Shown: positions 24,922 to 37,288, counted from the first letter of the stretch. The stretch is 64,000 bases of DNA from Albugo candida (GCA_040437565.1 JBDOQK010000007.1:558001-622000); one strand, 5' to 3'. The notes: a model not told the origin generated them from the letters alone. Made by a program: numbers and translations.

Positions 24922-26472
24922 TCATTGGGTAAAAGGCGACTCTGTGCGTAATTTTTTATCAGAAATCCAAATGCGTACCTTTTCAAAAGCGCTGTTGCGT
25001 CGACCTGAAGCAGGTGTACGTCCTGCTTCGAGTGAACTTTGGTCAGAAATCCATTCGATGTTGACTTCTATGTCAGTGCGATTTGATACTAGTGGCATCA
25101 ACAGAGAAACGAAGCGTTGGCGTGCTCGCGCATGAATGGCTGCGGTCTCGAGGCCACGGACTTTGATTTTCGAAGGGGATGTTCCGCTGATGATCTCAGC
25201 AAGCCAATCACCCATGTATTCCATTTTCTCTGCTCGTTCTTTGCAAATATCCACATAAAGTGAGTTCAAAAATTCCAACGTAAACAGTTTGCACTTTTTA
25301 CGTAGTTTGTAGACAACGGCTGCATACTTGAGCTTATCAAACTCGACTGAATCTTCAAATCCATGCATTCCTGATCTGTAACAGTTTTCACAAAGATAAG
25401 TGTTCTCGCACACGCTACAAGTCCATAAAGTTCCCTCAATTGGCTCTACTGCGCACCCTCCACACATCAAATTATGGTGTAATACAACTCTCCTTCTCTG
25501 TAAAGCTGAGCCAACTCGAGCTTTTCCTTTGCACATCACATTGGTGATTTTCCCAAATATTGGCACAAGTGCTTTCTTCTTCACTCCTGGAAATGCATGT
25601 ACGGGGCCTGTAGTTCCAGTCTCCCCTTCTTCATCCCAAAATACTTCTCGTTTGAAAACCATCGTACGTGGATGGCTAGCTGATAACAATAATTCATAAA
25701 CATCCTCTTCTTCCATATCACCTTCGATCATATCGTCATTGATACTAATTAGAATGTCACCTATATTGATCCCAGCACAATGCGCGGGTCCGCCCACATC
25801 CACGCCAGAAACCTCTGCAAAACATAGTTCATCTTCAGAAATGCCAATTCTCGTTTTGAAACCAAGTGTTTTTTCACTTAAAGTAACTTGAAATGTATTC
25901 GAAGGTGAAACAAACGGAGAAGCTGCCATATTGCCAAGTTCGCTTTCGGCTGGAGATGAGTAGCGAAGTTGCGTTTGTGGCCCAGATGGATCGCTGTTGA
26001 ATCGTGGAGGTTTGCCATCCAAGTCAAGATATCGAAATCCATGAAGAACTCGAGCGCATCCTGAATTTGACCCGCTATTAGGCCCAATGAAACGATGGGT
26101 ATGAGTGTAAGCTTCCTCCTCAGATTCTTGCATGTCACTTTCGTATTTCACTGGGGTGAGAGGCTCACTTAGTTCGCTTTCAACTGGTGACGATTCGCGA
26201 TACTTTGAATGCTGTGACACAACGATATCCTCTTCCTCGTATTCTCCATCGTGATACTCTGTGCGAGCTCGTTCAGAATCACTATTAGTACTTTTTCCAC
26301 TCGCTCTGGGTGTGATTCTGTTTGAATACATTTTCTTTCTAGATTTACTTCGCTCTTCTCCATACTGTTCCTGATTCTTCTTCTCAGGACGTTGTTGATT
26401 TCCATTTCTCCCGGTCACATTCCTGCGAGCTATTCTGATGCTATTTTCATTTTCGTTCGTTAGTGAACACAT
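24922..26472 (-). CDS. PDZ-domain + ZZ-type zinc finger protein
   Basis: TLGF...GGPAHCAGINIGDILISIND...HPRTMVFKR (PDZ); CGGCAVEPIEGTLWTCSVCENTYLCENCY (ZZ). Confidence 0.8.
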   Translation of the reverse strand: MCSLTNENENSIRIARRNVTGRNGNQQRPEKKNQEQYGEERSKSRKKMYSNRITPRASGKSTNSDSERARTEYHDGEYEEEDIVVSQHSKYRESSPVESELSEPLTPVKYESDMQESEEEAYTHTHRFIGPNSGSNSGCARVLHGFRYLDLDGKPPRFNSDPSGPQTQLRYSSPAESELGNMAASPFVSPSNTFQVTLSEKTLGFKTRIGISEDELCFAEVSGVDVGGPAHCAGINIGDILISINDDMIEGDMEEEDVYELLLSASHPRTMVFKREVFWDEEGETGTTGPVHAFPGVKKKALVPIFGKITNVMCKGKARVGSALQRRRVVLHHNLMCGGCAVEPIEGTLWTCSVCENTYLCENCYRSGMHGFEDSVEFDKLKYAAVVYKLRKKCKLFTLEFLNSLYVDICKERAEKMEYMGDWLAEIISGTSPSKIKVRGLETAAIHARARQRFVSLLMPLVSNRTDIEVNIEWISDQSSLEAGRTPASGRRNSAFEKVRIWISDKKLRTESPFTQ

Positions 26473-26680
26473 TTGTTTTTTTCAAATGTCGTCGCTTGAT
26501 GAAATATTATGATCAGTATAATTGTGTGGTGTTTTGAGCAGATGGACGTCAACCCCAATGTTGTTTAAACACGTCATCACCTCTTCTGCGTGTCTGTATC
26601 TTGACTCACAAAATCGATCAACAAGTTCTCCAATTATGCAGAGTTCGGTCGCTAATTAAGTATAGTATAGTATGATATAA

Positions 26681-27974
26681 ATGGAGATGAGAAAGCGGAA
26701 ACCCACGCATGCAGCAAGCTGGTACATCAGTGATCCATCGCAACTGGGTCCGCAGCTTGATGGTATCAATGTTTCACTATTTCTGTGATAAAATATCTTA
26801 AACTCTATGGATAGCATGGCTTGACGCCGCAGCTAATGAAGTAAAAAACTCACAACAACCACCAGCGGTGAATGGAATTATTGCCCCGCACGCTGGCTTT
26901 CGGTTTGTGAGCGCAAGATTCTCGTGAACGCTGATATCTAACAGTATATCGAATCAGCTTTTCTGGACCTGTTGCAGCGCACGCGTACTGTCACCTCATT
27001 GACAGACCCGACATCAAACGAGTTTTTGTTCTGGGTCCTTCTCATCATGTCTACTTGGAAGGATGTGCTCTTACTTCTGCGTCTCACTACGAAACTCCCT
27101 TCGGAATGCTTCCAATCGACGCCGAAATCAATGAGATGTTGATCAAAACTGTGCGTATGGTTAAAGATTGCTCATTAGTATAAACATCTGAGTGTAAGGC
27201 CTACAGGGAGAATTCAGACGCATGTCCATGAATGTCGATGAAGCGGAGCATAGTATTGAAATGCATTTACCGTTTATTGCCAGGGTATGTTTTTTGGAGG
27301 AATGAAGTGGTACGGATCTCAAGTCCTATTCTTTTAGACACTCAAGTCGCAAACATTTTCTGTGGTCCCCATATTGGTCGGCAATACGAATCAAAACGAT
27401 AATCTGAAATACGGAAGGTGATACTGAAGCATGCTTCGAAATTAGAGTGTGGCCTCATTAATGTTCTTTTGGAAGATTACTGGCGGAATTTATGAGCGAT
27501 GCATCGAATTTTTTCGTCATTAGCTCCGATTTTTGTCATTGGGGAGCTCGGTAAGCACGGCTTGACATGAAAGTATTGGGCAGGAGTTAGCATTTATGAC
27601 GATAGATTTCGCTACCAGCCTTACGACGCAGTTCATGGGGAAATACATGAATACATTGAGCACTTGGATCAAGAAGCGATAAAGGTAAATATGAAACGAT
27701 CAAAGCGGGTTGAAATGCGCTAACCTCGATGATGGCATAGCTATTAGAGACTTTGGACGCAACCGGCTTCGAAACCTACATAAAGTCGACTGGAAATACA
27801 ATCTGTGGTCAGCATCCAATCTCGATTATCATGCAAGCAATTCTATCACTGAACGAGTCGCAACCTGCTATCAAGTTTGTAAAGTATGCACAGAGTAGTG
27901 CGTGCAAAAAGAAATCAGACTCTTCCGTCAGCTATGCGTCAGCTCTTATTCTTCGCAATGCTCAAGAGAAATAA
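26681..27974 (+). CDS. MEMO1: MEMO1-family protein (multi-exon)
   Basis: [54 protein letters not shown] and SSVSYAS across short GT-AG introns. Confidence 0.92.
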
Positions 27975-28083
27975 TCAATTTAACAGAAAAATCACCCATG
28001 TGCCTGTTCGATTTTGATGCCGATAGCACGCAAGCGTTTGATCACGGATTGTCGATCAATGATGCCTCCTACGTTGACAGTGG

Positions 28084-31000
28084 CTATCTTTGGACTTTCT
28101 TTGCACCGAATGCTTGTCGAAAAATTTCTTCAGCCTGCTCGGCATGGCGTTTTGAGGTCCCAACTGCCGATGCCGCTAGGCTCTGTCGGCCAATATAATT
28201 GATTGGAACCTGCTTNNNNNNNNNNNNNNNNNNNNNNNNNNNNNNNNNNNNNNNNNNNNNNNNNNNNNNNNNNNNNNNNNNNNNNNNNNNNNNNNNNNNN
28301 NNNNNNNNNNNNNNNTGGCTATCTTTGGACTTTCTTTGCACCGAATGCTTGTCGAAAAATTTCTTCAGCCTGCTCGGCATGGCGTTTTGAGGTCCCAACT
28401 GCCGATGCCGCTAGGCTCTGTCGGCCAATATAATTGATTGGAACCTGCTTGTGGACAATCTTTTCCAGGTGTGGACGAATATACATCCACGCTCCTTGAT
28501 TCAAGGGTTCTTCTTGTACCCAAGTCACTTCCTCCATGCTGTGAAGAGCCCCAAGATACTCTACTAGCTGAGGAAACGGAAAAGGAGCGAGCTCCTCAAT
28601 CCGGACAATGGCAACCTTCTCTCGTGCACGTGAAGTAAGACGGGACTGGCGTTCACGGACAAGATCGTAATATATTTTGCCGGAACAAAGCATGACATGA
28701 CGCACTTTTGCAGGTGTTTTTACAGATTCGTCAGCGTAAATGGGCTGGAAACTTGTTCCAGGACCCATGTCGTGTATGGAAGATGTCGCCTCTGGCAACC
28801 GCAATAGTGTTTTGGGTGCCAACAACACTACAGGTTTGCGAAAAGCTCGCTTTTGTTGACGATGGAGTAAGTGATAGTAATTTGCTGGGGTTGTTGCATT
28901 CACAACGATCAGATTTGAATTGTGCGTATACTCTTTCCAGTCGATCAATTGCTTGGACGATACTGAATCAAGTGCTGGCGAATCCACCAGCTGCAAAAAG
29001 CGTTCGAGTTTGCCGCTCGAATGGTCTGGTCCAGCCCCATCGTACCCATGCGGTAGAAGCAACACCAATCCTGANNNNNNNNNNNNNNNNNNNNNNNNNN
29101 NNNNNNNNNNNNNNNNNNNNNNNNNNNNNNNNNNNNNNNNNNNNNNNNNNNNNNNNNNNNNNNNNNNNNNNNNNTAATTTGCTGGGGTTGTTGCATTCAC
29201 AACGATCAGATTTGAATTGTGCGTATACTCTTTCCAGTCGATCAATTGCTTGGACGATACTGAATCAAGTGCTGGCGAATCCACCAGCTGCAAAAAGCGT
29301 TCGAGTTTGCCGCTCGAATGGTCTGGTCCAGCCCCATCGTACCCATGCGGTAGAAGCAACACCAATCCTGATTGTTTCATCCATTTTGTTTCACCTGAAG
29401 CTAGGAACTGATCGATAATGATTTGGGCTCCATTATTAAAGTCACCAAATTGTGCTTCCCATAAAACAAGAGTGCGAGGGTCTTCCAAGGAATACCCATA
29501 CTCAAATCCCATGACAGCAAACTCGGACAAGTTGCTGTTAATGATCCGGAATTTGCCTTCTGCTTTTTGCCAGTGATCAAACGGGAAGTACAATGATCCA
29601 GAATTCTGATCTGTGAATGCAGCATGTCGATGACTGAATGTCCCTCGCCGACAATCCTGTCCTGATAGACGAACAGAATAGCCTTCAGCTATAAGCGTTC
29701 CAAAAGCCATAGCTTCGGCAGTTCCCCAGTCGAGCTTGATATTGTTTGCTTCCATGGCAAGAAGTCGTTTTCTTGATAGTATATGAGAGCGCTCCAAACG
29801 ATCATGGATGGAAATATGTTGTGGAACATCTATAGAAGCTATTCCAGCATCTATAAGGTTCTCCAAGTTCGTCCCAGTCTCAACCGAATCATACAAGTCG
29901 GCTATTTTTGGTTGCTTGCAGATATTCCATTTTTGCTTGAATGCATCGACATGCATCGGTGCGTAGCTTTTCGCTTTCTCAAATTCTTCCTGTAGGTGAG
30001 AGCTCATTCTATTTTGCAACTTTTGCACTCTATCCGATGAGATAACTCCAGCGTCTTCCAACTCCTGACCAAAGTGATGAGCGAGTGGTACAGTTTTGTC
30101 GATTATTGCGTACATTTTCGGCTGGGTAAATCGAGGTTCATCCACTTCATTGTGTCCATAACGGCGGTAAGTACTTAGGTCAACGACGATATCTTTGCCA
30201 AATTGAGTACGATAAGCCATGGCCAGACTTGCAGCGCGCAAAACATGAGGAATCGAACCACCATTCACGTGTAGTATTGGAGCATCAATGGATTTGGCAA
30301 CGTCGGAACAGTACCTGGTGGATCGGCTATCAGGGTATGTGGTGGTAAACCCGACTTGATTATTTACTATAAGGTGTATGGAACCTCCGATGGTGAAACC
30401 GGGAAGCTGAGATAAAGACAACCCCTCCGGGACGCATCCTTGACCAGCAAAAGCCGCATCACCATGCAATAAAAGACTTATTGCTTTTTCTCCATTGTCG
30501 ATCTTTGCTCGTGTTTTTCCATTCACTACAGCATTGATACACTCAAGATGGGATGGATTTGGCAACAAAGACACATGCACTTTATCGTTTCCATATAATT
30601 TGTCCATAGACGTAGCGATATGAGACGTCACATCATCGACGCCTTTATAGATAGGAGGAAATTCTGTATTCCCGTCCACCTTAGAAAAAATCTTATGAGC
30701 CGGATAATCCAATAGAGACACTAAGAGCGCAAGCCGACCACGATGAGGCATCCCAATAACGACATTTGATACATCGTTCTCTTTGACTGCTGCTAGATGA
30801 AGGATTTTATTGAGAAACGGGAACATTGACTCTGAACCTTCGCCCGAATATCGCTTGTAACTGGGATATTTCTTCTTCAGAAAGTTCTCAAAAGTGTCTG
30901 CCATAATCATGAGTGTGAGTGAGTTGAGCAGCTCAGACGGTGTGCTAGAGTACACTTCTGAGCATTCGATTGCATTGGCAAGCCAGGTTTTTTCCTCGCT

Positions 31001-31381
31001 CGATGAAAGATGCTGAATTTCATACCCAATTTTCCCGCAGTACGCGTCCTTGAGATGCCCATACAGTTGCTCCCCGTTCCAAACTCGATCACTGTAGTTT
31101 GCACCTTGAGAGCTATCCAGCTGGATGAGTTTCTTCCAAATTGAAGCGAATCGCTGTTTGGGTAGGTATTTTGAATCGTCTGGAAAGTTTCGGGGCTGGA
31201 GTGGGTCGATGTCAGCTTCGATATGTCCATATTCCCGAAAACACTGTAGCAAGGTCGAAAATGCGAGTTGTTCTGTTGTGAGCGTCGAAAATAGCCTCTG
31301 AGATCTCAAAGAGCTACGACAGGTGAGCAAGACCTTCAAAGGAGATAGCGATAACGGCATTCGGCGGTAAAGCATCCTCAT
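28084..31381 (-). CDS. 2-oxoacid dehydrogenase E1 (OGDH family, DHTKD1-like); 3' part duplicated by two assembly gaps
   Basis: KRYSGEG, GMPHRGRL, NPSHLE, HGDAAFAGQG, YRRYGHNE, LSGQDCRRGTFSHRH, WEAQFGDF, WVQEEPLNQG; short N-terminus typical of DHTKD1. Confidence 0.92.
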
Positions 31382-31590
31382 CGTTAAGGGTGAAAATGTA
31401 TTTTCGTTCTGTAAACTCGCGAGCGAAAAACCTTAGAAGCATTGTATACGTCAAATATGTGAGCACATCCTCCTACTTTCTATCATTCAGATTTTAAATG
31501 CGTAGAATGTTCGCTTAGATAGCAATGGAACCAGTGAGCATCCTAGTCGAAACTATAGTTTTACTTTGACTCGCACTCACCTCTATTTTC

Positions 31591-32382
31591 TCATGATTCA
31601 ACCTTAGATAATTGCTGACGTACTTGTTGACATGCTTCTTTATGGTGTAGCCAGTCTTCTGATTGATGCTTTTCGCTGCAATAAAACGCCGCGCGACACT
31701 CGCAGCGGAGTAAACCTTCACTTGAGGAATTCAAGTGCTCAGAGTCAGGAATAGACGATCCGCAATATCGACACCCAATCTGTGGCTTTGTTATAATCCC
31801 TGTCACCAATTGTTCTCGATGAAGTGTTTCAAAAGCCGATGTTACGTGTGTAAGAAATGTTATCAGGACTTGCTGCCGCATTTGTAATGTCAGCCATACA
31901 TCCGCTTCGATCAGCACTTTTGCGCCAATTAGCCTCTTCTTCTCGGCGATTATTGCTTGTGATGCTGCATGTGATACGGCTTGAATTTTCAATTCTGGGT
32001 CGAGTGGATCCACAAATGCCAACATATACTGGCACAGAGATTCGCCGGAAAAAGTCGGCATTATCCCTTCTTTCCGCAATCCTAGCAAGTAATCGAGATC
32101 TGCTCGAGCACAATCATCACGCTTCGAAGCTCGCGCGTGCGTCAGCTTCAAGAAGTTCTTTCCGTTATTTTCGAGTAATGTACTGAGGCATAGCTCGGGA
32201 GCCAGCAACTGCGAAGCAGATCGGCTGGTTTCGTTGAGGTTGTAGGGCAGATCAGGTGATGCGTTTGTAAGAAGAATTGCTTGGCCTTTGTAAGGAAGGG
32301 ATAAGAACCATCGCATGAAGACAGCCGCATATTTAGCCCAAAACCGCATCAAGTATTCAGTGCCATCTGTTTGTGAATTCAT
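31591..32382 (-). CDS. MYND zinc-finger protein
   Basis: C-terminal CRYC...LLRCECRAAFYCSEKHQSEDWLHHKEAC. Confidence 0.8.
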   Translation of the reverse strand: MNSQTDGTEYLMRFWAKYAAVFMRWFLSLPYKGQAILLTNASPDLPYNLNETSRSASQLLAPELCLSTLLENNGKNFLKLTHARASKRDDCARADLDYLLGLRKEGIMPTFSGESLCQYMLAFVDPLDPELKIQAVSHAASQAIIAEKKRLIGAKVLIEADVWLTLQMRQQVLITFLTHVTSAFETLHREQLVTGIITKPQIGCRYCGSSIPDSEHLNSSSEGLLRCECRAAFYCSEKHQSEDWLHHKEACQQVRQQLSKVES

Positions 32383-32689
32383 ATATAAATGAGTTGATAG
32401 AGCAGGGTACGGAGCCTTCGTAAATCAATAACGAATAATCAATATTCGCCTTTGCACCAGGTTTTCACTCTCAATACCTATTTTGATGGTTGTCACGTTG
32501 TGCATATGATCTTTACTTTAACCTTGTTTTTTGTATCAGTTTGAACGAGCATTTGAAATTCACTTGGTCACCAGTTTCGTATAGAGCAAAGCAGGTGGAG
32601 CAATTTCGAAGCGTGTATTCCTATACTGTGCACGCCGGAATCTGGAGCAACGGTCGGAGAGACAATTCGTTCGCGCAGCTTATTGTAGA

Positions 32690-35600
32690 ATGCGAATTGG
32701 CGCATCAGTTTGGGCATGTCAGGATGGATGTTGGTACGAAGCAATCGTTGATAAAGTGCTACCACTGTCGGGTAGTTTGCATTCGATAGAATACGAATGC
32801 AGTGTGATTAAGGAGAAGAAAGATCACACAAAAGAAGACCTTGCACATATAAGAGACCAAAACTTCTTGCTTCGGGTGAGCGAAAAGCACATTCAGCCGC
32901 GAGATCCGTGTACTGTCGACCATCGCATCGACGACTTGAGAAGCTTGATTTTTCTCAATCAAGCCTCTATCCTTCATGTACTTGCGAAGAGATTCGCCCA
33001 TGGACTTGTGTACACATATACAGGCTCTATACTACTTGCCATTAATCCGTATCGACAAATCGCTCTGTACGATGATTCCGTCAAAGAAGCGTATTACCGG
33101 TGTGGTAGCTCGAAAAAGCTATCGCCGCACGTGTACGCAACAGCAGATAAAGCTTTCCGTAAAATGCTTTTTGCTGCTCCAGGTCATAAATGCGATCAAT
33201 GTATCCTCGTCAGTGGTGAAAGCGGAACAGGGAAAACTGAGAGTGCAAAATTGATAATGAGTTATCTCGCTTTCGCCTCATTACAACAAAGGAATGGTAA
33301 ATCACGCACAAACACGGTAGATCAAATCGAGACTGAGCATAATTGTATCCATGACCGAGTACTCGAGTCAAATCCAATTCTGGAAGCGTTTGGAAATGCA
33401 GCGACCATCAGAAATGACAATAGCAGTCGATTCGGCAAGTTCATACAGCTCGGATTTTCCGATACAAACGGCGAATTGCTTGGCGCATCAATCTCCACAT
33501 ACTTGCTTGAGCGTGTGCGTATCATATCTCAGGCCAAAAGCGAACGCAACTACCACATATTTTATGAAATGTGCTTAGGATCGTCAGAATCTGAACGTAA
33601 AGATTTAATGTTATTGCCCAACATAGATTCATACAACTATCTGAGCAAGTCGGAGGGTCATGTACGTGCTGATGGAGTCGAGGATGAAGAATCTTACGGA
33701 AAAACTAGACACGCAATGGCTCAGATGGGTATTGATGCTGATCAACAAATGCAGATCATGAAGATTGTGTCCTCGGTCTTACATCTGGGGAATATTTGTT
33801 TCGACACAAAACAGTCTAAAGAAACAAGCTTGAGTGTTGATTTGACATCTAGCTCTTCACGTGTGAGTGTCAATGCAACAATCGAGTTACTCGGACTCGA
33901 GATGGACCTCTTAGAGAAAGTATTAACCTCTCGTCAGATTAGAGCCGGGGGTGAATATATTACGATGCCTTTGGCAATAGACCAGGCGATCCTAGCTCGT
34001 GATGCGATCGCGAGAACTTTATATGCACAACTTTTTGACTGGCTGGTCTCAAGAATCAACGCTTCAATCAACTACAATGAACAGAACAGTTCAAGCCATT
34101 TTATCGGAATTGTTGACATTTTTGGCTTTGAGATTTTCGAAAACAATAGTTTGGAGCAACTGTGTATCAATTTCGCGAATGAAAAACTTCAGCAACTATT
34201 TGGCAAATTCGTTTTTCAAGTAGAGCAAGATCAGTATCAACAAGAGGAGATTGATTGGCAACTTATTGAGTACCCGAACAATGACAATTGCGTTCAGATG
34301 TTTGAAAAAAAAACGTTGGGAGTGTTTTCGCTACTCGACGAACAGTGTCTGATGCCACGCGGAAATGATGAAAAGTTGGCAAACAAATTTTACGACTCTC
34401 TGTCTCAAAATCTTTCATTCGGAGTGTCGAAGCTGCAGCAAGCGAAGCGACAATTCGTAATCCATCATTATGCTGGCTCAGTATGTTATACTAGTGACGG
34501 ATTTTGCGATAAAAATAAGGACCACAGTCATTCCAATGCGCTTAATGTGATGCAATCTTCAAAATCGGATTTTTTAAGACTTATTTTACAATCGGTAGAA
34601 CCTTTCGGTTCGCCAATTGGCATGAGAGAAAGTAAAGTATGGGGTGGGTCATTCACAAGTTCTCCAGGAAGAAGAACGTCGAGTATCATGTCGTCGACAG
34701 TGGTTGCGCAATTTAAAGGACAATTAAACACCTTACTAGATATTATCAACACTACCGAACCCCACTTCATACGATGTATCAAACCAAATGATACAACCAG
34801 CCCGAAGGAGTTTATTCAGAAACGAGTACTCGAGCAGATACGCTGCGGCGGAGTTCTTGAGGCTGTCAAGATTTCTCGATGTGGCTATCCTGTGAGAATA
34901 GCTCATGAAACATTTATACAAAAGTATCGCTGTGTTCTTGGAAGTCATGGGGAACAGGTTCATGAAGTAAAGGAATTAGCCGAAAAGCTGATGAGTAAGC
35001 ACGAGCATTTTGGTAAAATAACTCAACAACTGAAGCCTTTACAAGTTGGAAAAAGCAAAGTATTTTGCATGACTTCGACATACGAACAACTTGAAAGAGC
35101 ACGTGCTTGTGCTCTTTACATCACTGTGGTTGTATTACAGCGATACCTACGAGGATTTCAACAAAGACGTCAATATCAGCGATTACGATGCTGCGTAATT
35201 CAGTTCCAATGTATGTGGCGACGTTTTCAGTGCCGTCGTTACCTTGGACGGTTATTGCATGAGAGGAAATGTGCTATTGCTATACAGAGCCAATTTCGCG
35301 GGTATGCTACTCGGATGGAATTTAGACGTGGGAGAGCGATAGTCATTATCCAAAAAATCGTGCGCGGATGGCTAGTTCGTCGCTTCCATTCGATCGCTAC
35401 GATGAATATGACAACGGTCTCTTGCGGTTCAATAGAAACGGATTCAAGCTATAATGTGGATAGTCAGAATGGAACTATAGAGCTCGACCTGCGTCGGACT
35501 TCAGCAGGTAGTACTGTGATTTGCAGTGAAGACGTCGACATGAGTGACAACAAGAATTCCGACAATGATAAAGACTGCTTTATGACCTCACCAGCAAGAC

Positions 35601-36601
35601 TATTACCGTCAAAACGAATCAAAGATTATGACTTCACTACTCCAAAATACGAGAGTAATGAGTATGACATTATTTGGGACTGTGGCTTGCTAGGATTGTA
35701 CTTTGAGAGTGATGAGAAAACTGGAATGCCGGTCGTAAGAAGAGTTCATGAAAGTCTCAGTAATTGTGCCGATATATTTGAAGTATCTCGGGGTGATATG
35801 TTGCTGGCAGTGGGAGATACAGTGGTTACAAAAAGTGATATTCGATCTGTCTTGATCCTGCTGCAAGAAATCGAGAAGCCTGTGCAACTTCACTTCACCA
35901 GAAGCGCTAGGAGACTCGAACCCTATCAAGCAGAGCCATTGGAGCTGCTTGGGGAAGAAGATTACGAAGTTTTGTGGCTGGATGGTGTTCCTCTAGGCCT
36001 TGGTTTCCGTCCATGTCCAGATACTGGATTGCCTTGTGTCATACAAGCCAGTGGAAATACTCAGTTACCAGGAATGTTCAATGTTCGTCCTGGAGACTAC
36101 TTATTATTTATCAATGAATTTTCAACGAGTGGCGTTCGTTTCAAGAAAATCATTGACATTTTGGAGAGTGGCCCACGTCCTGTTGTCTTACGCTTTCGTC
36201 ATAATGACCCAGTGGACGATGACTTCCAAGACAGCCTTCGGTTATCTACAAGTACGACACGTCCGACCTGTATGAGCCTCGATCCAAAAACAGATCACTC
36301 TCTCTACTACATCACATGGAAGGAGAATGATGGATCTTTAGGGATCGTAGTAAAGCAGGAATTTGGCCAATCCTATCCGCGTGTTATAAGTATTAAAAAT
36401 GAAGGAGCAGTCGTTCGAGACTCGCAAAAAAATCGAGTCGAGGTGGGAGATATCCTGCTGAGCATCAACAATAACAACATCACTAAGATGGGATTTGGTG
36501 CAGCCATGAGCCTGCTACAGAGAGGTCCAAAGCCGCTTTTATTGATGTTTCAGCGTCCGCGTATATCGATCGCAATGTCCACTAGGAGCTGCGGAATGTG
36601 A
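32690..36601 (+). CDS. Unconventional myosin with IQ motifs and about three C-terminal PDZ-like domains
   Basis: GESGTGKTE, LEAFGNA..NDNSSRFGK, DIFGFE, FIRCIKPN; IQ motifs (IQSQFRG, IQKIVRG); tail LGLYF..GDMLLAV, LGLGF..GDYLLFINE, LGIVV..GDILLSINN. Confidence 0.93.
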   Translation: MRIGASVWACQDGCWYEAIVDKVLPLSGSLHSIEYECSVIKEKKDHTKEDLAHIRDQNFLLRVSEKHIQPRDPCTVDHRIDDLRSLIFLNQASILHVLAKRFAHGLVYTYTGSILLAINPYRQIALYDDSVKEAYYRCGSSKKLSPHVYATADKAFRKMLFAAPGHKCDQCILVSGESGTGKTESAKLIMSYLAFASLQQRNGKSRTNTVDQIETEHNCIHDRVLESNPILEAFGNAATIRNDNSSRFGKFIQLGFSDTNGELLGASISTYLLERVRIISQAKSERNYHIFYEMCLGSSESERKDLMLLPNIDSYNYLSKSEGHVRADGVEDEESYGKTRHAMAQMGIDADQQMQIMKIVSSVLHLGNICFDTKQSKETSLSVDLTSSSSRVSVNATIELLGLEMDLLEKVLTSRQIRAGGEYITMPLAIDQAILARDAIARTLYAQLFDWLVSRINASINYNEQNSSSHFIGIVDIFGFEIFENNSLEQLCINFANEKLQQLFGKFVFQVEQDQYQQEEIDWQLIEYPNNDNCVQMFEKKTLGVFSLLDEQCLMPRGNDEKLANKFYDSLSQNLSFGVSKLQQAKRQFVIHHYAGSVCYTSDGFCDKNKDHSHSNALNVMQSSKSDFLRLILQSVEPFGSPIGMRESKVWGGSFTSSPGRRTSSIMSSTVVAQFKGQLNTLLDIINTTEPHFIRCIKPNDTTSPKEFIQKRVLEQIRCGGVLEAVKISRCGYPVRIAHETFIQKYRCVLGSHGEQVHEVKELAEKLMSKHEHFGKITQQLKPLQVGKSKVFCMTSTYEQLERARACALYITVVVLQRYLRGFQQRRQYQRLRCCVIQFQCMWRRFQCRRYLGRLLHERKCAIAIQSQFRGYATRMEFRRGRAIVIIQKIVRGWLVRRFHSIATMNMTTVSCGSIETDSSYNVDSQNGTIELDLRRTSAGSTVICSEDVDMSDNKNSDNDKDCFMTSPARLLPSKRIKDYDFTTPKYESNEYDIIWDCGLLGLYFESDEKTGMPVVRRVHESLSNCADIFEVSRGDMLLAVGDTVVTKSDIRSVLILLQEIEKPVQLHFTRSARRLEPYQAEPLELLGEEDYEVLWLDGVPLGLGFRPCPDTGLPCVIQASGNTQLPGMFNVRPGDYLLFINEFSTSGVRFKKIIDILESGPRPVVLRFRHNDPVDDDFQDSLRLSTSTTRPTCMSLDPKTDHSLYYITWKENDGSLGIVVKQEFGQSYPRVISIKNEGAVVRDSQKNRVEVGDILLSINNNNITKMGFGAAMSLLQRGPKPLLLMFQRPRISIAMSTRSCGM

Positions 36602-36688
36602 AAGTAAAGATTGCAACAATTCAGGTCATAGAATTTTCGCTATCGTGTTAAATAATATAAGTTTAGAGCGTTTTCTCGCAACAAGGCA

Positions 36689-37288
36689 TTAAGCTTTGAG
36701 GACTTCATGGCTCCAGTCCGCTTCAAATGCAAACGAGGAAAGAGAATGCTCAGGGGCGTCACTGAATTCTGATTTAAGCTCCAAAGGCTTATACGGAACC
36801 ACCTGTTCGGTTGCAATCACTTCGTCAGATACATGTGGGTGCTCTAATTCCAGTATTTGAGCTGCATACTCGTTCAAATTCTCACACCAAATGCAAGACG
36901 CGTCTGCAAAACAGCTTTGTGTATTCATCAGTTGAGTAGCGTCGACACATCGAATCATCCTTGGAGTTAGAGGCACTATTATCAATTGTATCCACATCGG
37001 TCGCGAAAGGTTTCTACAGTGTACTGTCAATGGCAATTGCCTGCCGCAAATAGCTTCGAACCGATTCTTGACGTGAATTCGCACTTTCTCGGAATCGCGT
37101 ATTTCAATGAAGTCATAAAAGTTCTGCTTGAAAAGTTCGTTGGTATCTCGAATGTTGAAGATTGAAGTTGCAATCGCACTGGCACATATAAATTCCCCGG
37201 ACAAGAGGCACCACGCGACTTTGATTGCATCGTTCTTTCTATTGAATTCCATAATTTCGACGAGGTGTATAAATTTGGGATTCGTCAT
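36689..37288 (-). CDS. Hypothetical protein with possible PAS-like fold
   Basis: 199-aa ORF; AWCLLSGEFICAS...ELFKQNFYDFIEIRDSEKV...MWIQLIIVP resembles PAS spacing. Confidence 0.45.
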   Translation of the reverse strand: MTNPKFIHLVEIMEFNRKNDAIKVAWCLLSGEFICASAIATSIFNIRDTNELFKQNFYDFIEIRDSEKVRIHVKNRFEAICGRQLPLTVHCRNLSRPMWIQLIIVPLTPRMIRCVDATQLMNTQSCFADASCIWCENLNEYAAQILELEHPHVSDEVIATEQVVPYKPLELKSEFSDAPEHSLSSFAFEADWSHEVLKA

